Of a DNA stretch of 64,000 nt, positions 10,383-19,840 are shown one piece after another; the stretch's first letter is position 1, and each line of letters starts with the position of its first letter. The notes beneath the pieces were generated by a model, which ran no database searches, was not told the DNA's origin, and saw only the letters and a list, made by a program, of their open reading frames with translations. The position numbers and the translations under genes are program-made. Location of the stretch: positions 5,952 through 69,951 of the forward strand of contig NZ_DASSKM010000085.1 of assembly GCF_035690525.1 (NCBI RefSeq), given 5' to 3'. This DNA comes from Salinisphaera sp. (GTDB lineage Bacteria; Pseudomonadota; Gammaproteobacteria; Nevskiales; Salinisphaeraceae).

Positions 10383-11864
10383 ATGTCGATGACCGCAAAG
10401 CGTATGTTCCTGGCCTGGGCGCCAGTCGTCGGCGGCTGGCTCCTGCCAATAACCGCCTGGGCGGCCGAGTCGGGCTCGGGCGCCGCCGGCCGCGGTCTCG
10501 ACTTGACCACGGCCTGGCCGGGGCTGCTGGCGCTGGCGCTGTTCGTGGTCGCCTATGTGCTGGTCGCGCTCGAGGAATATACCGATCTGCGCAAGTCCAA
10601 GCCGGTCATTCTGGCCGCCGGGCTGATCTGGATGCTGATCGCGGCCTACGTCCATTTCACCGGGGTTCCGGCCGCGGTGGAAGATGCCCTGACCGAGACC
10701 CTGGTCGAGTTCGCCGGGTTGTTTCTGTTTTTGCTGGTGGCGATGACCTACGTCAACGCCATGACCGATCGCCATATCTTCGAGGCGCTACGCACCTGGC
10801 TCGCGGCGCGCGGCTATTCCTACCGAAAGCTGTTCTGGATCGTCGGTTTCCTGGCCTTCATCATCTCGCCGGCGATCGACAACCTGACCACGGCTCTGGT
10901 GCTTTCGGCCGTGGCGCTGGCCGTGGGCGGCGGCAACAAGCGCTTCATCTCGCTGGCCTGTATCAACATCGTCGTGGGCGCGAACGCCGGCGGCGCCTTC
11001 AGCCCGTTCGGCGACATCACCACGCTGATGGTGTGGCAAACCGGGGTTTTGAACTTTTTCGAGTTCTTCCGTTTGTTCGTGCCGGCGCTGGTCAATTTCG
11101 TGGTGCCGGCGGCGATCATGCAGTTCGCCGTGCCGTCCGGCGCGCCCGAGGCCAGCGAGGACACGAGCTATGTACGCCGCGGCGGCTATGGCGTGCTGAT
11201 CGCTTTCGCGGCGACCATCGCCACCGCGGTCATCGGCCACAGCCTGTTCGATCTGCCGCCTTATCTCGGCATGATGCTGGGCCTGGCCTATCTGCAGCTG
11301 CTCATGTATTTCCTCATGAAGACGGCGCTGCGCAAGGATCAGGCGCTGGCGGCCTATCGCGAAGCCGACGAAATGACCCCGCCCGAACTGATCCGGCACG
11401 AGGAGCGCGGCGACTCCGCCGAGCGTTTCAACGTGTTCGGGCACGTGGCCGAGGCCGAATGGGACACGCTGCTGTTCTTCTACGGCGTGCTGCTGTGCGT
11501 CGGCGGGCTGGCGTTTCTCGGTTATCTGTCGGTGCTGGCCAATGCACTGTACGGTCAAATCGGCGCTACCTGGGCCAATACCGCGATCGGCGTGATGTCG
11601 GCGATCGTGGACAATATCCCGATCATGGCGGCGGTGATTCAGATGCATCCGTCGATGCCGGACGGTCAATGGCTGCTGGTCACGCTCACCGCCGGTGTCG
11701 GCGGCAGCCTGCTGTCGATCGGTTCGGCCGCCGGGGTGGCGCTGATGGGCCAGGCGCGCGGTTACTACACTTTCGTCTCGCACCTGAAATGGAGCTGGGC
11801 CGTGGCGCTCGGCTATGCGGCCTCGATCTGGGTCCATATGCTGGTCAACGCCGGTATGTTTTAG
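10383..11864 (+). CDS. nhaD: NhaD family Na+/H+ antiporter
   Basis: LRKSKPV, ISPAIDNLTT, ANAGGAFSPFGDITTLMVW, SAIVDNIP, GGSLLSIGSAAGVALMG. Confidence 0.92.
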   Translation: MSMTAKRMFLAWAPVVGGWLLPITAWAAESGSGAAGRGLDLTTAWPGLLALALFVVAYVLVALEEYTDLRKSKPVILAAGLIWMLIAAYVHFTGVPAAVEDALTETLVEFAGLFLFLLVAMTYVNAMTDRHIFEALRTWLAARGYSYRKLFWIVGFLAFIISPAIDNLTTALVLSAVALAVGGGNKRFISLACINIVVGANAGGAFSPFGDITTLMVWQTGVLNFFEFFRLFVPALVNFVVPAAIMQFAVPSGAPEASEDTSYVRRGGYGVLIAFAATIATAVIGHSLFDLPPYLGMMLGLAYLQLLMYFLMKTALRKDQALAAYREADEMTPPELIRHEERGDSAERFNVFGHVAEAEWDTLLFFYGVLLCVGGLAFLGYLSVLANALYGQIGATWANTAIGVMSAIVDNIPIMAAVIQMHPSMPDGQWLLVTLTAGVGGSLLSIGSAAGVALMGQARGYYTFVSHLKWSWAVALGYAASIWVHMLVNAGMF

Positions 11865-12541
11865 AACGGCTCGTCCTCGTCGCCGGGTTCGCCCGGCGGC
11901 GCCGGATCGTGCCCCCGGCCGGGCGGCGGATCGGCTTCGAAGCGGCCGGCGCGCAGCGCCATCGCGGTCTCCATCGAGCTCTTGCAGAACGCCAGCACTT
12001 GGTTGAACTCGGCTTCGGGCAACTGGCGCACCGCGTCGTTGCCGCGGTAGATGTTCATCCACTTGCGGTCGCGCTCGATCATGGTCGGCAGATGACCGAT
12101 GCCCCAATCCTCGGCCAGCGCCCATAAACGCGGGTTGAAACCGCGGATCAGGCTGATCAGGAACGGAATCGGGTCGTTGCGGGCCAGCAGCGAGGTCAGC
12201 CGCAGGATGAGTTCGAACGAAACGGTGGCGCTGCCCTGCTCCATCGCCTGGAGTACGGTCTTGTCTTCCAGATCGAGCGCTTCGGCCAAGCCGTCGAGCG
12301 ACAGCCCGGCGGTGGTGCGCGCGTCGTGGATCGCCGCGCCCGCGCGCGTCATCCACGCGCGCTGCTCGGCCGACAGGCGCTTGCGCTGGCTCCGGTCGAG
12401 AATGAGAGTGGAGCCGATACGCAGCGTCAGCCCGCCGACACGGCCGGCCAGCGCGCCGACCGCCTGGCGTGACAGATTGAAAGTCAGGCTGGACACCTGA
12501 TCAAACAGTCGGGCCCGTGTCGAATCCTCTGCTCGGCCCAT
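11861..12541 (-). CDS. XRE/Cro-type helix-turn-helix domain protein
   Basis: IHDARTTAGLSLDGLAEALDL...AMEQG HTH-like core with flanking regions I cannot assign. Confidence 0.6.
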   Translation of the reverse strand: MGRAEDSTRARLFDQVSSLTFNLSRQAVGALAGRVGGLTLRIGSTLILDRSQRKRLSAEQRAWMTRAGAAIHDARTTAGLSLDGLAEALDLEDKTVLQAMEQGSATVSFELILRLTSLLARNDPIPFLISLIRGFNPRLWALAEDWGIGHLPTMIERDRKWMNIYRGNDAVRQLPEAEFNQVLAFCKSSMETAMALRAGRFEADPPPGRGHDPAPPGEPGDEDEPF

Positions 12542-12714
12542 GTTCGCCTCCTGCGATCCCTATCCGTCAAGGTAGTTGTCGCCGGCCGCCTCGTGGTCGA
12601 GACGGCCGCTCTCCGAGCATACCGCGATTCGGCGGCCGGCCTCGATCGCCGGAACAAACCTGCCGGATCAAATCAGTCGCGGTTCAGCCGTCGAAGGGCG
12701 GTTTGCGGACCCTA

Positions 12715-14187
12715 TCAATGGTTGGTATCGCGCCCGCCCGCGACGGCGGCCAGATCGGATACGAACCGCCGATATTCGAGCGTGCGGCGTTCGGCCGCGC
12801 GCAGAACAAACGCCGGGTGCACGGTCATGCCCAGGCATCGACCGCGCCAATCGATACGCCGGCCGCGATAACGCGTTACCGACACCGGACGCTCGAGCAG
12901 CGACATCGCGGCCGTGGCGCCGAGCGCGACCACGATCTCGGGGCGCACACGCGCGATCTCGGCCTCCAGCCAGGGGCGGCAGGCGCGCACTTGGTCGTCA
13001 TCGGGCTTGGCGTGCACACGCGTTTTGCCCAGCGGCGTGAACTTGAAGTGCTTGACCGCGTTGGTGACATACAGCGACCGCCGGTCCAGCCCGGCGTCGG
13101 CCAGGGCGGCGTCGAGCAGGCGTCCGGCCGGGCCGACGAACGGCCGCCCGGCCAGATCTTCGGCGTCGCCCGGCTGTTCTCCGACCAGCATGATACGGGC
13201 GTGTTCCGGTCCTTCGCCGAACACGGTCTGGGTGGCCGGGCCGCATAGCCCGCAACGGCGACAGCCGGCCGCGCGCAGCGCCAGCTGTTCGAGCGAGCCG
13301 GGCGCCGCCGCTTCGGTTTGTCGGGCGAGCCTGGCCCCGGGTGACGCCGGGGTCGGTCCGCAGCGTAGATCGTCGCGTTCGCGCCGCGCCGCCGTCATCG
13401 CGGCGACATCGCGATCCGCGCCGGCGATCAGGCCCGGAATCAGCGCGGCTTCGGGTAGGTTCTTCCAGTATTTCGCCGGCATTTCGGACATCATCGCTCG
13501 AATCTTGACCCGCGCCGGGTTGAAGATGCTGCGGTAGTAGACCCGCCAGGCATCCTCGGTGACATCGCCGTCCGGCGCCGCTGTCCGGTCGGCGCCCGGC
13601 GAAAACCATATATCGCCGCCGCCCTCCCAGTGCGCACAGCGATCGGGCGTGAGGATCGACCACCGCATGTTCGCGAAACGGCGCTGGAAGAATCCGGCCG
13701 CGTATTCAACCACCTCGTGCTCCGGCTCGAACCAGGCGACGTAACGCGGTTCCTCGAAACCGGGCTCCGCCAGAATACGAAATCGCACAAACGCCTTCAT
13801 CTTGTGCACATCGCGCTTGACCGCCTTGGCGTAGCGATCCACCCGCGCCACGTCGGGATCGCCCACCAGCCTAAGCAGATGCCGCTCGCCGTGGGTAAGC
13901 CGCCATAGCAGCCGATACAGCAGCGTCCAACGATCGGCGCTGCGATAACAGGCCGCGGCTCGGGCCAGCGTCATAAACTGCCGGGGCACCCGCGGTTCCA
14001 CGCCGCCGGCCGATACCGGCGGCGGGCTCGCGTGGCGATCGGGCTGCCACCAGAGCGCATCCGGCGCCATGCCCGCCTGCCACTGCGCCCGGGCCGCCGC
14101 CTGCCAGCCGGCGAAATCGGGCGTGAACACGACCGCGGCGTGGCCGTTTGCCGTGGCGCGTGTACCGAACAGCGACGCCTGTTCCAT
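12715..14187 (-). CDS. Fusion of DUF4130 (TIGR03915-type) domain and UdgX-like family-4 uracil-DNA glycosylase
   Basis: HKMKAFVRF, WFEP.H, YY.SIFNPARVK, YWKNLPEA (DUF4130); C..C.LC Fe-S motif, VFGEGP, GEQPGD.ED..G.PFVGPAG, TNAVKHFKF (UdgX-like). Confidence 0.9.
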   Translation of the reverse strand: MEQASLFGTRATANGHAAVVFTPDFAGWQAAARAQWQAGMAPDALWWQPDRHASPPPVSAGGVEPRVPRQFMTLARAAACYRSADRWTLLYRLLWRLTHGERHLLRLVGDPDVARVDRYAKAVKRDVHKMKAFVRFRILAEPGFEEPRYVAWFEPEHEVVEYAAGFFQRRFANMRWSILTPDRCAHWEGGGDIWFSPGADRTAAPDGDVTEDAWRVYYRSIFNPARVKIRAMMSEMPAKYWKNLPEAALIPGLIAGADRDVAAMTAARRERDDLRCGPTPASPGARLARQTEAAAPGSLEQLALRAAGCRRCGLCGPATQTVFGEGPEHARIMLVGEQPGDAEDLAGRPFVGPAGRLLDAALADAGLDRRSLYVTNAVKHFKFTPLGKTRVHAKPDDDQVRACRPWLEAEIARVRPEIVVALGATAAMSLLERPVSVTRYRGRRIDWRGRCLGMTVHPAFVLRAAERRTLEYRRFVSDLAAVAGGRDTNH

Positions 14188-14189
14188 GC

Positions 14190-14996
14190 TCAGACACCGA
14201 AGCCGACGAGCGCAGCATGCACGAGTAGCGCGACGATGATCGCCCAGCCGAAGCTGGCCAATGTGCCGATAATCACAATCTCGCTGACCCGGGGCTCACG
14301 TGTGTAGCGAAACCGCAGAATCGATTTTGCCGCGATCACGAAACCGATCGCGTTGAACTGGCCAAGCAGTACGAACAGAAACACCAGCGTACGTTCGAGC
14401 CAGCCGATCCAGGCGCCGGCCCCGGGCAGCTGCGGGCTGCCGGTCTTATCCTCGCTGGTGGCCCGGTCCTCGCCGGCGACCCGGTCCTCGCCGGCGGCCC
14501 GCGCGGAATGAAAACCGAGCATAAGTTGGGCCAGCATTAAATCGCCGGCCCGGGTCGCCAACCAGAAACCGCCGGCGAGCGCGAAGCCGATCGACAGAAA
14601 CTGCGCGCTCGAACCGCCCAGCAGAATCGGCCAGAGCCCGGCCGAAAAAGCATGCGGCCAAAGCACGGCTGCGATGGCGACGAACGTCAGATGCGCGACC
14701 TGATCGATCGCGAACAGCCGCAGCGAACCGAACGGCGTCATCGCCGCCCAGGCCGCGACGCGCGGATGAATTTTGCACGCATCGATGATGCCGTGGGAAC
14801 CGGCAACAAGCGCCACCGCGGCCCAGGCGCCGAGCGACGCCGCGCCGAGCGCGAGCGCTGCCGTGATCGCGACGCAGCCGATATGCAGCGCGAAAATCGT
14901 CGGCCGGTGCTTGGCCACGACCAGACCACGGGTTTGGAACAGGAAGTCGGCGAGGACATGCGCGAACACAAGCGCGACGAGGCTTTTTAGCATCAT
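14190..14996 (-). CDS. DUF3307 family membrane protein
   Basis: AHVLADFLFQT, SH..ID, DQVAHL, G.WIG.LER, GFVIAAKSILRF motifs. Confidence 0.85.
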   Translation of the reverse strand: MMLKSLVALVFAHVLADFLFQTRGLVVAKHRPTIFALHIGCVAITAALALGAASLGAWAAVALVAGSHGIIDACKIHPRVAAWAAMTPFGSLRLFAIDQVAHLTFVAIAAVLWPHAFSAGLWPILLGGSSAQFLSIGFALAGGFWLATRAGDLMLAQLMLGFHSARAAGEDRVAGEDRATSEDKTGSPQLPGAGAWIGWLERTLVFLFVLLGQFNAIGFVIAAKSILRFRYTREPRVSEIVIIGTLASFGWAIIVALLVHAALVGFGV

Positions 14997-15035
14997 GGCG
15001 CGCTCATTCGCCCGGCCACGCCTGGGCGTATCCAG

Positions 15036-15081
15036 ACAGCCATTTTCGGCTGTTTATTTAAAAACAGTCGAAAATGGCTGT
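15036..15081. repeat. 46-bp near-perfect inverted repeat (20-bp arms)
   Basis: acagccattttcggctgttt-atttaa-aaacagtcgaaaatggctgt; one arm mismatch. Confidence 0.85.
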
Positions 15082-15108
15082 TATGGGCGCCGCCGGCCCG
15101 GCATAACC

Positions 15109-15747
15109 TCATGCCCATGCCGATTCGAAAGCCTCGATCGCTTCAAACAATGCATGGCCGCCGGCGCGCGTGAAATGCGTCTGAATCGTCTGCGGCTGGA
15201 CCGACAGCGCGTCGGCCACATCGTTCATCGGCGGCGGCGCCGGGCCGGCCAGGCGCATGAAAATATCCGCCTGGCGCGCGGTCCAGTGCCGGGAACGTTC
15301 GTCGCAAACCGCGAATAGGCCGAGCGCGAGCGCCCGGGCGGCCGACGTATCGAAACCGCCTTCGATACGCCAGAGCCGATGTACGCCCAAGGCTTCCAAA
15401 CCGCGCCCCGAGCGCTCGAACGCCAAGCCGGAGGAGGCGGCCAAACTCGCCCCGGCCTCGGCGGCGCCGATGCCCACGCCGATACGCGTTTCGCCCCGAT
15501 CGCAGGCGAGGCGAACCGCCGCCCGGGCGAACAGACAGGCGCGCAGCGCGTGCGCCGGCGCGTGCAGCCGCATTTGCCAGCCATCGCCGCGAAACCGCTC
15601 ATAGCGCACGTCGGTCTCGCCCGGCCAGGTGCCCATGCGCGCCGCCATATCGGACAGCGCCTGCATGACGGTATCTAGCGCGCGCTCGGATAACGCGGAC
15701 GATTTCACGATATCGCCGGTCAACACACAGAAAATCGGGTCGGCCAT
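15109..15747 (-). CDS. SatD family protein
   Basis: VLTGDIVKSS, RFRGDGWQ, RIGVGIG, SG.AFERSGR.LE, C-terminal HTH-like WTARQ..; RBS GGAG before ATG 15747. Confidence 0.8.
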   Translation of the reverse strand: MADPIFCVLTGDIVKSSALSERALDTVMQALSDMAARMGTWPGETDVRYERFRGDGWQMRLHAPAHALRACLFARAAVRLACDRGETRIGVGIGAAEAGASLAASSGLAFERSGRGLEALGVHRLWRIEGGFDTSAARALALGLFAVCDERSRHWTARQADIFMRLAGPAPPPMNDVADALSVQPQTIQTHFTRAGGHALFEAIEAFESAWA

Positions 15748-15775
15748 AGCTGCTCGTTCTCCCTGATCGCACGGG

Positions 15776-17047
15776 CTAGAAGTCAAAACTGTGCTGCGCG
15801 GCCGCGGGCGGCGCAAATCGCGCGGCGAGCCGTGCGCTGCTCGCCTCGCCGATGCCCGGGTGATGGTTGGCGCAGACTATGAACGGCATGGCCTTCTTGA
15901 CCCCGGCCTTGAGCGCGACCAGGTCTTCGAGCCGCACTTTCTGCCAGCGCCGCAGGGCGAGAATACGGTCGACCGATTTCACGCCGAGCCCCGGTACGCG
16001 CAGCAACCGCTCGCGATCGTCACGATTGAGATTCACCGGAAAATAAGCGCGGTTGCGCAGCGCCCAGCCCAATTTGGGATCGACCTCCAAATCGAGCATA
16101 CCGGCCGCCGCGTCGTCGCCGGCGGTGATCTCGTCGTGGCGATAGCCATAGAAACGAATCAGCCAGTCGGACTGGTACAGCCGGTGCTCGCGGACCAGTG
16201 ACGTGCGCCGCGCCGGCAGCTTCGCCGAGGCGTCCGGAATCGGCGAGAAGGCGGAAAAATAGACGCGCTTCAGCCGATACGACGAATACAAATCGGCCGT
16301 GGTCGCCAGAATCTCGGCGTCGGTCGACGGCTCGGCGCCGATAATCATCTGCGTGGACTGGCCGGCCGGCGCGAAGCGCTCGATCGCCGCGGGTTTGGGC
16401 CGTGCGCTGGTAATACGCCGGGCGGCGCGGCGCGCCTCGGCCTGCTCTTCCCGACGGGCGCGAATACGCGCCATCGAGAGTTTGATGGTGCGATGATCCT
16501 TCTCCGGCGCGAGCTCGCGCAGTGCGACCCGCGTCGGCAGCTCCACGTTGATCGACAGACGATCGGCGTATCGCCCCGCTTCGGCCAATAATTCGCCGTC
16601 GGCGTCGGGAATGGTCTTGAGATGGATATAGCCACGAAAATCGTGCTCGATGCGCAGGCAGCGCGCGACCTCGACCAACCGGGCCATGGTGTAGTCGGCG
16701 GTCTGGATCACGCCCGAGGACAGAAACAGCCCCTCGATATAGTTGCGTTTATAGAAATCCAGGGTCAGATCGACCACTTCCTTGGGCGTGAATCGCGCCC
16801 GGCGCACGTTCGACGAGTTGCGGTTGATGCAGTAGCTGCATTCGTAGATACAGAAATTGGTCAACAGAATTTTGAGCAGCGAGATACAGCGGCCGTCCGG
16901 GGCGTACGCATGGCAGATACCCGAGCCCCCGGCCGAACCGACCCCGCGCCCGCCGAGCGACGAACGCGATGCGGTACCGCTCGAGGCACAGGACGCGTCG
17001 TATTTGGCGGCGTCCGCGAGAATCGCCAGTTTTTCGATCGTCTCCAT
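15776..17047 (-). CDS. Putative DNA modification/repair radical SAM protein (TIGR03916 type)
   Basis: KL.ILADAAKYDASC, C..+DGRCISLLK, CIYECSYC (CxxxCxxC), REHRLYQ.DWL.RFYG, C-terminal HhH LLRVPGLG. Confidence 0.93.
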   Translation of the reverse strand: METIEKLAILADAAKYDASCASSGTASRSSLGGRGVGSAGGSGICHAYAPDGRCISLLKILLTNFCIYECSYCINRNSSNVRRARFTPKEVVDLTLDFYKRNYIEGLFLSSGVIQTADYTMARLVEVARCLRIEHDFRGYIHLKTIPDADGELLAEAGRYADRLSINVELPTRVALRELAPEKDHRTIKLSMARIRARREEQAEARRAARRITSARPKPAAIERFAPAGQSTQMIIGAEPSTDAEILATTADLYSSYRLKRVYFSAFSPIPDASAKLPARRTSLVREHRLYQSDWLIRFYGYRHDEITAGDDAAAGMLDLEVDPKLGWALRNRAYFPVNLNRDDRERLLRVPGLGVKSVDRILALRRWQKVRLEDLVALKAGVKKAMPFIVCANHHPGIGEASSARLAARFAPPAAAQHSFDF

Positions 17048-17066
17048 ACTGTCTATTTATACAGCT
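17047..17066. promoter_or_regulatory. LexA (SOS) box
   Basis: TACTGTCTATTTATACAGCT = CTGT-N8-ACAG with an AT-rich spacer, abutting the radical SAM start codon. Confidence 0.85.
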
Positions 17067-17158
17067 TTTTAGCGATCGGATGCACCCCTTCGTCCCGGGC
17101 TTGCCGCAATCGCCCACCTGTACCAGCATGAAGCCATTCATCCGCGCCGATCGTCGCG

Positions 17159-17584
17159 ATGCTGCGTATTTCCAATACCGTCGTTCTGGGGGAACACGAG
17201 ATCGAATGGTGGGCCGTGCGCGCGCAAGGCGCGGGCGGACAAAAGGTCAACAAGACCAATTCGGCCGTACACCTGCGTTTCGCGATCCAGACATCGTCGC
17301 TGCCCGAGGTTTACAAGACCCGGCTGATGGGGCGTGCGGGCGCCGATCAGCGTTTTACGCGCGACGGCACAATCGTGATCAAGGCCCAGCAGTATCGAAG
17401 CCGGGAAGCCAATTTGGAGGATGCGCGCCGACGGCTGGCCGCGATCGTGGCCGCCGCCGGCCGGACACCGAAAAAACGCCGGCCGACCCGGCCGTCGAAG
17501 GCGGCCCGCCGCAAACGCACCGACGACAAAAAGCGCCGCGGCCGGCTCAAGGTGCTGCGCGGCCGGGGAAGATCTTCGGACTAG
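17159..17584 (+). CDS. arfB: Alternative ribosome rescue peptidyl-tRNA hydrolase
   Basis: RAQGAGGQKVNKTNSAVHLRF (GGQ), basic tail RRPTRPSK..R.R...KK.RG. Confidence 0.93.
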   Translation: MLRISNTVVLGEHEIEWWAVRAQGAGGQKVNKTNSAVHLRFAIQTSSLPEVYKTRLMGRAGADQRFTRDGTIVIKAQQYRSREANLEDARRRLAAIVAAAGRTPKKRRPTRPSKAARRKRTDDKKRRGRLKVLRGRGRSSD

Positions 17585-18531
17585 GAGGCGATCGACTCGT
17601 CGACCGCGTCGGCCCCGAACCCGTGATCGTGGGTCGGCGCGACGCCGAAATAGCGTTTGTACTCGCGCGAAAACTGGGACGCGCTCTGGTAGCCGACCGC
17701 GCTGGCCGCGCCGCTGACGTTGGCCGCGTTCCGAATCAGCAGATCGCGCGCCCGCAACAGGCGGATACGCTTCTGGTATTGCAGCGGCGAGATCCGCGTG
17801 AGTTGCTTGAAGTGGGCATGGAAGCTCGACACGCTCATATGCGCGCGCGCCGCGAGCGCGGGCACCGACAGCGGTAACGCATAATCGGCGCGCAACGTCT
17901 CGATCGCTCCGCCGATCCGCGCGTAGGCGCCCTGGGATTGGAGCAACTGGCGCAGCAGATGCCCCTGCGGCCCGCGCAGGGCCTCGAAGATCACTTCGCG
18001 AATTCGGGCATGGCCGAGCGCCCGCACAGCCGCCGGATCATCCAGGCAATCAAGCAACCGCTCCAACGCCTCGCCGATGGCGCCGTCGAGCGTCACCGCG
18101 GCCATGGGCAAGGTGTCCGCGGCGTGCGCAATGTCCCGGCCGGCCTCGACCGGACCCACGGCGCCCGCGAGTTCGGCCAGCAGTTCGGGCGCGATACGCA
18201 GCGCGGCGCCCAGCAACGGCTCGTCGGCCGAGCCGCCGGTTTCGCACTCGAACGGCAAGGGCATCGCCTGCACCAGGTAATGACCGGCGCCGTAGCGAAT
18301 CACGCGGTCGTCGATAAACCCGGTTTTTTCGCCCTGAACGATGAAGATGAGCCCCGGTTCGTACACGATCGGCTCGCGTGCGCGCCGGCAGTGCGACGCC
18401 ACCAGCGACAGTGCATGCAGCGCCGTGTCGTTGAAGCCGTCATGGCGTATATGGCGTTCGATCGTTCGGACCATGCGGCCGTGTAACGCCGAATCGGACC
18501 TTCTTGTCTGCCGGATCGTCTGCTCGGTCAT
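17581..18531 (-). CDS. AraC family transcriptional regulator (YqhC-like)
   Basis: YEPGL.FI.QG.K N-domain; MS.SSFH.HFK..T..SPLQYQK.+RL, VGY.SASQFSREYKR.FG. Confidence 0.9.
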   Translation of the reverse strand: MTEQTIRQTRRSDSALHGRMVRTIERHIRHDGFNDTALHALSLVASHCRRAREPIVYEPGLIFIVQGEKTGFIDDRVIRYGAGHYLVQAMPLPFECETGGSADEPLLGAALRIAPELLAELAGAVGPVEAGRDIAHAADTLPMAAVTLDGAIGEALERLLDCLDDPAAVRALGHARIREVIFEALRGPQGHLLRQLLQSQGAYARIGGAIETLRADYALPLSVPALAARAHMSVSSFHAHFKQLTRISPLQYQKRIRLLRARDLLIRNAANVSGAASAVGYQSASQFSREYKRYFGVAPTHDHGFGADAVDESIAS

Positions 18532-18724
18532 CACGAAGCCGTACTGCTGAACAGGCATACAATTGTGCACGAACTCGCCCCGGTTACCGCGCCTACGCCG
18601 CCGTCTTTCATAGTTTCGGGCATAAACAAGCCAGAAACGCCTATGGTTTCAACCGGCCGGCGAACCCATCCTGAATATCGACGGCAGGCCGGCGCCTGCA
18701 CTCATCCGATGCAAAGGAGACCCC

Positions 18725-19789
18725 ATGCCTACCGAGACCCAAGCCTACGCCGCGCACGCGGCCGACCAGCCGCTCGAGCACTGGCATTTCGAGCGTCGCG
18801 ATCCGCGGCCGGACGATGTTTCGATCGAGATCCTCTACTGTGGCGTCTGCCACTCGGATTTACACTTTGCCAAGAACGACTGGGGCTTCACCGAATTTCC
18901 GGTCGTGCCGGGCCACGAGATCGTCGGCCGGGTCACGCAGGTCGGCCCCGAGGTCCGCAATTACAAGGAAGGCGATCTGGTCGGCGTCGGCTGCATGGTC
19001 GATTCCTGCCGCGAATGCCAAGCCTGCAACGACGGGCTGGAACAGTACTGCCTGAACGGTTTCACCATGACCTACGGCAGCGAAGATCGCCACGACGGCA
19101 CGATGACCCAGGGCGGCTATTCCAATTTCGTGGTCGTTGCCGAGCGCTTCGTGCTCAGGATGCCCGACGGCATCGACCTGAAATCCGCCGCGCCGCTGAT
19201 GTGTGCCGGCATCACCACCTATTCGCCGCTCAAGCACTACGGCGTCAAACCCGGCCACAAGATCGGCGTGATCGGTATGGGCGGTCTGGGCCATATGGGC
19301 GTCAAGCTCGCCCGGGCGCTGGGCGCAGAAGTCACGGTGTTCACCCGCTCCGAGTCCAAGGTCGCCGAGGCCAAGTCCAACGGCGCCGATCATGTCGTGG
19401 TCTCGACCGACGACGATCAGATGAACGCCGTGGCGGAAACCTTCGACTTCATGCTCGACACGGTGCCGGTCCAGCATCCGATCGATCCGTATCTGGGCGC
19501 GCTGAAGTACGACGGCACTCATATTCTGGTCGGCCTGTTGGACCCGATCGAGCCGGCCATCACCGGCATGAACCTGATCTTCAAGCGCCGCGTGATCGGC
19601 GGTTCGCTGATCGGCGGCATGCCGGAGACCCAGGAAGTGCTCGATTTCTGCGCCGAGCGCGGCATCACCTGCGATGTCGAGATGATCGACATCAACGACA
19701 TCAACCAGGCCTTCGAACGCATGAAAGCGGGCGATGTCCGGTATCGCTTCGTGATCGACATGGCTTCGATGAAACACAAAGCCGCCTAA
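18725..19789 (+). CDS. Zn-dependent NAD(P)H alcohol/aldehyde dehydrogenase (cinnamyl-ADH/YahK type)
   Basis: CGVCHSD, GHEIVG, CRECQAC..G.EQYC, APLMCAGIT, GMGGLGH. Confidence 0.92.
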   Translation: MPTETQAYAAHAADQPLEHWHFERRDPRPDDVSIEILYCGVCHSDLHFAKNDWGFTEFPVVPGHEIVGRVTQVGPEVRNYKEGDLVGVGCMVDSCRECQACNDGLEQYCLNGFTMTYGSEDRHDGTMTQGGYSNFVVVAERFVLRMPDGIDLKSAAPLMCAGITTYSPLKHYGVKPGHKIGVIGMGGLGHMGVKLARALGAEVTVFTRSESKVAEAKSNGADHVVVSTDDDQMNAVAETFDFMLDTVPVQHPIDPYLGALKYDGTHILVGLLDPIEPAITGMNLIFKRRVIGGSLIGGMPETQEVLDFCAERGITCDVEMIDINDINQAFERMKAGDVRYRFVIDMASMKHKAA

Positions 19790-19792
19790 TAT

Positions 19793-19814
19793 TTTTGCAG
19801 GCTGGCCTGCAAAA
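19793..19814. terminator. Probable bidirectional intrinsic terminator
   Basis: ttttgcagg-ctgg-cctgcaaaa right after the ADH stop. Confidence 0.65.
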
Positions 19815-19840
19815 CAAGGATACAAAAGGAAGAAGAAAAC

